Position numbers and translations under genes: made by a program
Notes under the pieces: model-generated
What the model saw: only the letters and a program-made list of their open reading frames with translations
What the model was told of the DNA's origin: nothing
The model's database searches: none
Shown here: one piece after another, positions 52,901 through 64,000 of the stretch
Layout of the letters: each line of letters begins with the position of its first letter
Numbering within the stretch: position 1 is the first letter of the stretch
Source of the DNA: Gordius albopunctatus
Lineage: Eukaryota
Direction of reading: 5' to 3'
Length of the DNA stretch: 64,000 nt
Assembly (NCBI GenBank): GCA_964276515.1
Contig: OZ193910.1
Coordinates: forward strand, 4,092,001-4,156,000

Positions 52901-55900
52901 TTTTAACAAATATTTTGGACGTTCCTATTATATAAATGCGACTTTTTAATAAATAAATACAAATGATGTGAATCATTGAGACATTTAAAACAATGTAAGG
53001 AAACAGTTTAGTCATTTTAACATATATTTAGGACGTTCTTATTATATAAATGCGACTTTTTAATAAATAAAAAAAATGATGTGAATCATTGAGACATTTA
53101 AAACAATGTAAGGAAATAGTTTAGTTATTTTAACATATATTTTGGACGTTCCTATTATATAAATGCGACTTTTTAATAAATAAATACAAATGATGTGAAT
53201 CATTGAGACATTTAAAACAATGTAAGGAAATAGTTTAGTCATTTTAACATATATTTTGGATGTTCTTATTATATAAATGCGACTTTTTAATAAATAAAAA
53301 AAAATGATGTGAATCATTGAGACATTTAAAACAATGTAAGGAAATAGTTTAGTCATTTTAACATATATTTTGGACGTTCCTATTATATAAATGCGACTTT
53401 TTAATAAATAAATACAAATGATGTGAATCATTGAGACATTTAAAACAATGTAAGGAAATAGTTTAGTTATTTTAACATATATTTTGGACGTTCTTATTAT
53501 ATAAATGCGACTTTTTAATAAATAAAAAAAAATGATGTAAATAATTGAGATATTTAAAACAATGTAAGGAAATAGTTTAGTCATTTTAACATATATTTTG
53601 GACGTTCTTATTATATAAATGCGACTTTTTAATAAATAAATACAAATGATGTGAATCATTGAGACATTTAAAACAATGTAAGGAAATAGTTTAGTTATTT
53701 TAACATATATTTTGGACGTTCCTATTATATAAATGCGACTTTTTAATAAATAAATACAAATGATGTGAATCATTGAGACATTTAAAACAATGTAAGGAAA
53801 TAGTTTAGTCATTTTAACATATATTTTGGATGTTCTTATTATATAAATGCGACTTTTTAATAAATAAAAAAAATGATGTGAATCATTGAGACATTTAAAA
53901 CAATGTAAGGAAATAGTTTAGTCATTTTAACATATATTTTGGACGTTCTTATTATATAAATGCGACTTTTTAATAAATAAAAAAAAATGATGTGAATCAT
54001 TGAGACATTTAAAACAATGTAAGGAAATAGTTTAGTTATTTTAACATATATTTTGGACGTTCTTATTATATAAATGCGACTTTTTAATAAATAAAAAAAA
54101 TGATGTGAATCATTGAGACATTTAAAACAATGTAAGGAAATAGTTTAGTCATTTTAACATATATTTTGGACGTTCTTATTATATAAATGCGACTTTTTAA
54201 TAAATAAATACAAATGATGTGAATCATTGAGACATTTAAAACAATGTAAGGAAATAGTTTAGTCATTTTAACATATATTTTGGACGTTCTTATTATATAA
54301 ATGCGACTTTTTAATAAATAAATACAAATGATGTGAATCATTGAGACATTTAAAACAATGTAAGGAAATAGTTTAGTCATTTTAACATATATTTTGGACG
54401 TTCCTATTATATAAATGCGACTTTTTAATAAATAAATACAAATGATGTGAATCATTGAGACATTTAAAACAATGTAAGGAAATAGTTTAGTCATTTTAAC
54501 ATATATTTTGGACGTTCTTATTATATAAATGCGACTTTTTAATAAATAAAAAAAATGATGTGAATCATTGAGACATTTAAAACAATGTAAGGAAATAGTT
54601 TAGTCATTTTAACATATATTTTGGACGTTCCTATTATATAAATGCGACTTTTTAATAAATAAATACAAATGATGTGAATAATTGAGACATTTAAAACAAT
54701 GTAAGGAAATAGTTTAGTCATTTTAACATATATTTTGGACGTTCTTATTATATAAATGCGACTTTTTAATAAATAAATACAAATGATGTGAATCATTGAG
54801 ACATTTAAAACAATGTAAGGAAATAGTTTAGTCATTTTAACATATATTTTGCACGTTCCTATTATATAAATGCGACTTTTTAATAAATAAATACAAATGA
54901 TGTGAATCATTGAGACATTTAAAACAATGTAAGGAAATAGTTTAGTCATTTTAACATATATTTTGGACGTTCTTATTATATAAATGCGACTTTTTAATAA
55001 ATAAAAAAAATGATGTGAATCATTGAGACATTTAAAACAATGTAAGGAAATAGTTTAGTCATTTTAACATATATTTTGGACGTTCCTATTATAAAAATGC
55101 GACTTTTTAATAAATAAATACAAATGATGTGAATAATTGAGACATTTAAAACAATGTAAGGAAATAGTTTAGTTATTTTAACATATATTTTGGACGTTCT
55201 TATTATATAAATGCGACTTTTTAATAAATAAATACAAATGATGTGAATCATTGAGACATTTAAAACAATGTAAGGAAATAGTTTAGTCATTTTAACATAT
55301 ATTTTGGACGTTCCTATTATATAAATGCGACTTTTTAATAAATAAATACAAATGATGTGAATCATTGAGACATTTAAAACAATGTAAGGAAATAGTTTAG
55401 TCATTTTAACATATATTTTGGACGTTCTTATTATATAAATGCGACTTTTTAATAAATAAAAAAAATGATGTGAATCATTGAGACATTTAAAACAATGTAA
55501 GGAAATAGTTTAGTCATTTTAACATATATTTTGGACGTTCTTATTATATAAATGCGACTTTTTAATAAATAAATACAAATGATGTGAATCATTGAGACAT
55601 TTAAAACAATGTAAGGAAATAGTTTAGTCATTTTAACATATATTTTGGACGTTCTTATTATATAAATGCGACTTTTTAATAAATAAATACAAATGATGTG
55701 AATCATTGAGACATTTAAAACAATGTAAGGAAATAGTTTAGTCATTTTAACATATATTTTGGACGTTCCTATTATATAAATGCGACTTTTTAATAAATAA
55801 AAAAAAATGATGTGAATCATTGAGACATTTAAAACAATGTAAGGAAATAGTTTAGTCATTTTAACATATATTTTGGACGTTCTTATTATATAAATGCGAC

Positions 55901-58900
55901 TTTTTAATAAATAAATACAAATGATGTGAATCATTGAGACATTTAAAACAATGTAAGGAAATCGTTTAGTCATTTTAACATATATTTTGGACGTTCTTAT
56001 TATATAAATGCGACTTTTTAATAAATAAAAAAAATGATGTGAATCATTGAGACATTTAAAACAATGTAAGGAAATAGTTTAGTCATTTTAACATATATTT
56101 TGGACGTTCTTATTATATAAATGCGACTTTTTAATAAATAAAAAAAAATGATGTGAATCATTGAGACATTTAAAACAATGTAAGGAAATAGTTTAGTTAT
56201 TTTAACATATATTTTGGACGTTCTTATTATATAAATGCGACTTTTTAATAAATAAAAAAAATGATGTGAATCATTGAGACATTTAAAACAATGTAAGGAA
56301 ATAGTTTAGTTATTTTAACATATATTTTGGACGTTCTTATTATATAAATGCGACTTTTTAATAAATAAATACAAATGATGTGAATCATTGAGACATTTAA
56401 AACAATGTAAGGAAATAGTTTAGTCATTTTAACATATATTTTGGATGTTCTTATTATATAAATGCGACTTTTTAATAAATAAAAAAAAATGATGTGAATC
56501 ATTGAGACATTTAAAACAATGTAAGGAAATAGTTTAGTCATTTTAACATATATTTTGGACGTTCCTATTATATAAATGCGACTTTTTAATAAATAAATAC
56601 AAATGATGTGAATCATTGAGACATTTAAAACAATGTAAGGAAATAGTTTAGTTATTTTAACATATATTTTGGACGTTCTTATTATATAAATGCGACTTTT
56701 TAATAAATAAAAAAAAATGATGTAAATAATTGAGATATTTAAAACAATGTAAGGAAATAGTTTAGTCATTTTAACATATATTTTGGACGTTCTTATTATA
56801 TAAATGCGACTTTTTAATAAATAAATACAAATGATGTGAATCATTGAGACATTTAAAACAATGTAAGGAAATAGTTTAGTTATTTTAACATATATTTTGG
56901 ACGTTCCTATTATATAAATGCGACTTTTTAATAAATAAATACAAATGATGTGAATCATTGAGACATTTAAAACAATGTAAGGAAATAGTTTAGTCATTTT
57001 AACATATATTTTGGACGTTCTTATTATATAAATGCGACTTTTTAATAAATAAAAAAAATGATGTGAATCATTGAGACATTTAAAACAATGTAAGGAAATA
57101 GTTTAGTCATTTTAACATATATTTTGGACGTTCTTATTATATAAATGCGACTTTTTAATAAATAAAAAAAAATGATGTGAATCATTGAGACATTTAAAAC
57201 AATGTAAGGAAATAGTTTAGTTATTTTAACATATATTTTGGACGTTCTTATTATATAAATGCGACTTTTTAATAAATAAAAAAAATGATGTGAATCATTG
57301 AGACATTTAAAACAATGTAAGGAAATAGTTTAGTCATTTTAACATATATTTTGGACGTTCTTATTATATAAATGCGACTTTTTAATAAATAAATACAAAT
57401 GATGTGAATCATTGAGACATTTAAAACAATGTAAGGAAATAGTTTAGTCATTTTAACATATATTTTGGACGTTCTTATTATATAAATGCGACTTTTTAAT
57501 AAATAAATACAAATGATGTGAATCATTGAGACATTTAAAACAATGTAAGGAAATAGTTTAGTCATTTTAACATATATTTTGGACGTTCCTATTATATAAA
57601 TGCGACTTTTTAATAAATAAATACAAATGATGTGAATCATTGAGACATTTAAAACAATGTAAGGAAATAGTTTAGTCATTTTAACATATATTTTGGACGT
57701 TCTTATTATATAAATGCGACTTTTTAATAAATAAATACAAATGATGTGAATAATTGAGACATTTAAAACAATGTAAGGAAATAGTTTAGTCATTTTAACA
57801 TATATTTTGGACGTTCTTATTATATAAATGCGACTTTTTAATAAATAAATACAAATGATGTGAATCATTGAGACATTTAAAACAATGTAAGGAAATAGTT
57901 TAGTCATTTTAACATATATTTTGCACGTTCCTATTATATAAATGCGACTTTTTAATAAATAAATACAAATGATGTGAATCATTGAGACATTTAAAACAAT
58001 GTAAGGAAATAGTTTAGTCATTTTAACATATATTTTGGACGTTCTTATTATATAAATGCGACTTTTTAATAAATAAAAAAAATGATGTGAATCATTGAGA
58101 CATTTAAAACAATGTAAGGAAATAGTTTAGTCATTTTAACATATATTTTGGACGTTCCTATTATATAAATGCGACTTTTTAATAAATAAATACAAATGAT
58201 GTGAATAATTGAGACATTTAAAACAATGTAAGGAAATAGTTTAGTTATTTTAACATATATTTTGGACGTTCTTATTATATAAATGCGACTTTTTAATAAA
58301 TAAATACAAATGATGTGAATCATTGAGACATTTAAAACAATGTAAGGAAATAGTTTAGTCATTTTAACATATATTTTGGACGTTCCTATTATATAAATGC
58401 GACTTTTTAATAAATAAATACAAATGATGTGAATCATTGAGACATTTAAAACAATGTAAGGAAATAGTTTAGTCATTTTAACATATATTTTGGACGTTCT
58501 TATTATATAAATGCGACTTTTTAATAAATAAAAAAAATGATGTGAATCATTGAGACATTTAAAACAATGTAAGGAAATAGTTTAGTCATTTTAACATATA
58601 TTTTGGACGTTCCTATTATATAAATGCGACTTTTTAATAAATAAATACAAATGATGTGAATAATTGAGACATTTAAAACAATGTAAGGAAATAGTTTAGT
58701 CATTTTAACATATATTTTGGACGTTCCTATTATATAAATGCGACTTTTTAATAAATAAATACAAATGATGTGAATCATTGAGACATTTAAAACAATGTAA
58801 GGAAATAGTTTAGTCATTTTAACATATATTTTGGACGTTCTTATTATATAAATGCGACTTTTTAATAAATAAAAAAAATGATGTGAATCATTGAGACATT

Positions 58901-61900
58901 TAAAACAATGTAAGGAAATAGTTTAGTCATTTTAACATATATTTTGGACGTTCTTATTATATAAATGCGACTTTTTAATAAATAAAAAAAATGATGTGAA
59001 TCATTGAGACATTTAAAACAATGTAAGGAAATAGTTTAGTCATTTTAACATATATTTTGGACGTTCTTATTATATAAATGCGACTTTTTAATAAATAAAA
59101 AAAAATGATGTGAATCATTGAGACATTTAAAACAATGTAAGGAAATAGTTTAGTCATTTTAACATATATTTTGGACGTTCTTATTATATAAATGCGACTT
59201 TTTAATAAATAAAAAAAAATGATGTGAATCATTGAGACATTTAAAACAATGTAAGGAAATAGTTTAGTCATTTTAACATATATTTTGGACGTTCTTATTA
59301 TATAAATGCGACTTTTTAATAAATAAAAAAAAATGATGTGAATCATTGAGACATTTAAAACAATGTAAGGAAATAGTTTAGTCATTTTAACAAATATTTT
59401 AGACGTTCCTATTATATAAATGCGACTTTTTAATAAATAAAAAAAAATGATGTGAATCATTGAGACATTTAAAACAATGTAAGGAAATAGTTTAGTCATT
59501 TTAACATATATTTTGGACGTTCCTATTATATAAATGCGACTTTTTAATAAATAAATACAAATGATGTGAATCATTGAGACATTTAAAACAATGTAAGGAA
59601 ATAGTTTAGTCATTTTAACATATATTTTGGACGTTCTTATTATATAAATGCGACTTTTTAATAAATAAAAAAAAATGATGTAAATAATTGAGATATTTAA
59701 AACAATGTAAGGAAATAGTTTAGTCATTTTAACATATATTTTGGACGTTCTTATTATATAAATGCGACTTTTTAATAAATAAATACAAATGATGTGAATC
59801 ATTGAGACATTTAAAACAATGTAAGGAAATAGTTTAGTCATTTTAACATATATTTTGGACGTTCCTATTATATAAATGCGACTTTTTAATAAATAAATAC
59901 AAATGATGTGAATCATTGAGACATTTAAAACAATGTAAGGAAATAGTTTAGTCATTTTAACATATATTTTGGACGTTCTTATTATATAAATGCGACTTTT
60001 TAATAAATAAAAAAAATGATGTGAATCATTGAGACATTTAAAACAATGTAAGGAAATAGTTTAGTTATTTTAACATATATTTTGGACGTTCCTATTATAT
60101 AAATGCGACTTTTTAATAAATAAATACAAATGATGTGAATCATTGAGACATTTAAAACAATGTAAGGAAATAGTTTAGTCATTTTAACATATATTTTGGA
60201 CGTTCTTATTATATAAATGCGACTTTTTAATAAATAAATACAAATGATGTGAATCATTGAGACATTTAAAACAATGTAAGGAAATAGTTTAGTCATTTTA
60301 ACATATATTTTGGACGTTCCTATTATATAAATGCGACTTTTTAATAAATAAAAAAAAATGATGTGAATCATTGAGACATTTAAAACAATGTAAGGAAATA
60401 GTTTAGTCATTTTAACATATATTTTGGACGTTCTTATTATATAAATGCGACTTTTTAATAAATAAATACAAATGATGTGAATCATTGAGACATTTAAAAC
60501 AATGTAAGGAAATAGTTTAGTCATTTTAACATATATTTTGGACGTTCTTATTATATAAATGCGACTTTTTAATAAATAAATACAAATGATGTGAATCATT
60601 GAGACATTTAAAACAATGTAAGGAAATAGTTTAGTCATTTTAACATATATTTTGGACGTTCCTATTATATAAATGCGACTTTTTAATAAATAAAAAAAAA
60701 TGATGTGAATCATTGAGACATTTAAAACAATGTAAGGAAATAGTTTAGTCATTTTAACATATATTTTGGACGTTCTTATTATATAAATGCGACTTTTTAA
60801 TAAATAAATACAAATGATGTGAATCATTGAGACATTTAAAACAATGTAAGGAAATAGTTTAGTCATTTTAACATATATTTTGGACGTTCTTATTATATAA
60901 ATGCGACTTTTTAATAAATAAAAAAAATGATGTGAATCATTGAGACATTTAAAACAATGTAAGGAAATAGTTTAGTCATTTTAACATATATTTTGGACGT
61001 TCTTATTATATAAATGCGACTTTTTAATAAATAAAAAAAAATGATGTGAATCATTGAGACATTTAAAACAATGTAAGGAAATAGTTTAGTTATTTTAACA
61101 TATATTTTGGACGTTCTTATTATATAAATGCGACTTTTTAATAAATAAAAAAAAATGATGTGAATCATTGAGACATTTAAAACAATGTAAGGAAATAGTT
61201 TAGTCATTTTAACATATATTTTGGACGTTCTTATTATATAAATGCGACTTTTTAATAAATAAAAAAAAATGATGTGAATCATTGAGACATTTAAAACAAT
61301 GTAAGGAAATAGTTTAGTCATTTTAACAAATATTTTAGACGTTCCTATTATATAAATGCGACTTTTTAATAAATAAAAAAAAATGATGTGAATCATTGAG
61401 ACATTTAAAACAATGTAAGGAAATAGTTTAGTCATTTTAACATATATTTTGGACGTTCCTATTATATAAATGCGACTTTTTAATAAATAAATACAAATGA
61501 TGTGAATCATTGAGACATTTAAAACAATGTAAGGAAATAGTTTAGTCATTTTAACATATATTTTGGACGTTCTTATTATATAAATGCGACTTTTTAATAA
61601 ATAAAAAAAATGATGTGAATCATTGAGACATTTAAAACAATGTAAGGAAATAGTTTAGTCATTTTAACATATATTTTGGACGTTCCTATTATATAAATGC
61701 GACTTTTTAATAAATAAATACAAATGATGTGAATAATTGAGACATTTAAAACAATGTAAGGAAATAGTTTAGTCATTTTAACATATATTTTGGACGTTCC
61801 TATTATATAAATGCGACTTTTTAATAAATAAATACAAATGATGTGAATCATTGAGACATTTAAAACAATGTAAGGAAATAGTTTAGTCATTTTAACATAT

Positions 61901-64000
61901 ATTTTGGACGTTCTTATTATATAAATGCGACTTTTTAATAAATAAAAAAAATGATGTGAATCATTGAGACATTTAAAACAATGTAAGGAAATAGTTTAGT
62001 CATTTTAACATATATTTTGGACGTTCTTATTATATAAATGCGACTTTTTAATAAATAAAAAAAAATGATGTGAATCATTGAGACATTTAAAACAATGTAA
62101 GGAAATAGTTTAGTCATTTTAACAAATATTTTGGACGTTCCTATTATATAAATGCGACTTTTTAATAAATAAATACAAATGATGTGAATCATTGAGACAT
62201 TTAAAACAATGTAAGGAAACAGTTTAGTCATTTTAACATATATTTAGGACGTTCTTATTATATAAATGCGACTTTTTAATAAATAAAAAAAATGATGTGA
62301 ATCATTGAGACATTTAAAACAATGTAAGGAAATAGTTTAGTTATTTTAACATATATTTTGGACGTTCCTATTATATAAATGCGACTTTTTAATAAATAAA
62401 TACAAATGATGTGAATCATTGAGACATTTAAAACAATGTAAGGAAATAGTTTAGTCATTTTAACATATATTTTGGATGTTCTTATTATATAAATGCGACT
62501 TTTTAATAAATAAAAAAAAATGATGTGAATCATTGAGACATTTAAAACAATGTAAGGAAATAGTTTAGTCATTTTAACATATATTTTGGACGTTCCTATT
62601 ATATAAATGCGACTTTTTAATAAATAAATACAAATGATGTGAATCATTGAGACATTTAAAACAATGTAAGGAAATAGTTTAGTTATTTTAACATATATTT
62701 TGGACGTTCTTATTATATAAATGCGACTTTTTAATAAATAAAAAAAAATGATGTAAATAATTGAGATATTTAAAACAATGTAAGGAAATAGTTTAGTCAT
62801 TTTAACATATATTTTGGACGTTCTTATTATATAAATGCGACTTTTTAATAAATAAATACAAATGATGTGAATCATTGAGACATTTAAAACAATGTAAGGA
62901 AATAGTTTAGTTATTTTAACATATATTTTGGACGTTCCTATTATATAAATGCGACTTTTTAATAAATAAATACAAATGATGTGAATCATTGAGACATTTA
63001 AAACAATGTAAGGAAATAGTTTAGTCATTTTAACATATATTTTGGATGTTCTTATTATATAAATGCGACTTTTTAATAAATAAAAAAAATGATGTGAATC
63101 ATTGAGACATTTAAAACAATGTAAGGAAATAGTTTAGTCATTTTAACATATATTTTGGACGTTCTTATTATATAAATGCGACTTTTTAATAAATAAAAAA
63201 AAATGATGTGAATCATTGAGACATTTAAAACAATGTAAGGAAATAGTTTAGTTATTTTAACATATATTTTGGACGTTCTTATTATATAAATGCGACTTTT
63301 TAATAAATAAAAAAAATGATGTGAATCATTGAGACATTTAAAACAATGTAAGGAAATAGTTTAGTCATTTTAACATATATTTTGGACGTTCTTATTATAT
63401 AAATGCGACTTTTTAATAAATAAATACAAATGATGTGAATCATTGAGACATTTAAAACAATGTAAGGAAATAGTTTAGTCATTTTAACATATATTTTGGA
63501 CGTTCTTATTATATAAATGCGACTTTTTAATAAATAAATACAAATGATGTGAATCATTGAGACATTTAAAACAATGTAAGGAAATAGTTTAGTCATTTTA
63601 ACATATATTTTGGACGTTCCTATTATATAAATGCGACTTTTTAATAAATAAATACAAATGATGTGAATCATTGAGACATTTAAAACAATGTAAGGAAATA
63701 GTTTAGTCATTTTAACATATATTTTGGACGTTCTTATTATATAAATGCGACTTTTTAATAAATAAAAAAAATGATGTGAATCATTGAGACATTTAAAACA
63801 ATGTAAGGAAATAGTTTAGTCATTTTAACATATATTTTGGACGTTCCTATTATATAAATGCGACTTTTTAATAAATAAATACAAATGATGTGAATAATTG
63901 AGACATTTAAAACAATGTAAGGAAATAGTTTAGTCATTTTAACATATATTTTGGACGTTCTTATTATATAAATGCGACTTTTTAATAAATAAATACAAAT
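49996..64000. repeat. 113/114-bp satellite array (~123 monomers, runs off the window)
   Basis: Same monomer as 36706-46502. Confidence 0.98.

Larger units (their letters stand above)
46703..55860 (+). repeat. Direct duplicate of 33413-~42570 (offset ~13290)
   Basis: The unique segment looks identical on reading, and the satellite variant order matches (ORF starts offset by 13290/13289). Confidence 0.9.

Noticed and set aside
36705..63937. Dozens of minus-strand ORFs with a 38-aa repeat (MTKLFPYIVLNVSMIHII...)
   Set aside because: A by-product of a 114-bp (multiple of 3) satellite lacking stops in one frame. The 113-bp monomers break the frame at random.
36706..64000. CRISPR-like array
   Set aside because: No unique spacers, no cas genes, and a eukaryotic context. 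It is a plain tandem repeat.

Overview
AT-rich eukaryotic (invertebrate animal) genomic DNA with very short spliceosomal introns and two 200-N assembly gaps. Host genes reconstructed by hand: a TAF1A-like Pol I SL1 subunit (4005-~17301, +), a class A peptide GPCR pseudogene (-), HAAO (9 exons, +, with a ~90-aa insertion), an intronless DUF268 protein (-), an intronless ADF/cofilin (-) and a 5-exon claudin/PMP22-superfamily gene (+). The first 20 kb are rich in transposons: a FLYWCH-MULE element with TIRs and a 9-bp TSD, a 5'-truncated RLE-type (CRE-like) non-LTR retrotransposon and several hAT MITEs. The most striking structure is a ~5.8-kb near-perfect palindrome (10332-16148) made of two head-to-head copies of a catalytically dead Mutator transposase gene. 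It has its own 8-bp TSD, interrupts the BED-finger ORF of a hAT element (19-bp TIRs, 8-bp TSD), and lies inside a 9.3-kb intron of the TAF1A-like gene. That layout would yield a multi-kb hairpin RNA, reminiscent of maize Mu killer. From 36.7 kb onward the window is a 113/114-bp AT-rich satellite with 28-mer and 81-mer higher-order periodicity, interrupted by a gap and a probably artefactual duplicate (offset 13290) of the cofilin-5'/claudin segment. All coordinates and family assignments were made by eye, with no database searches.
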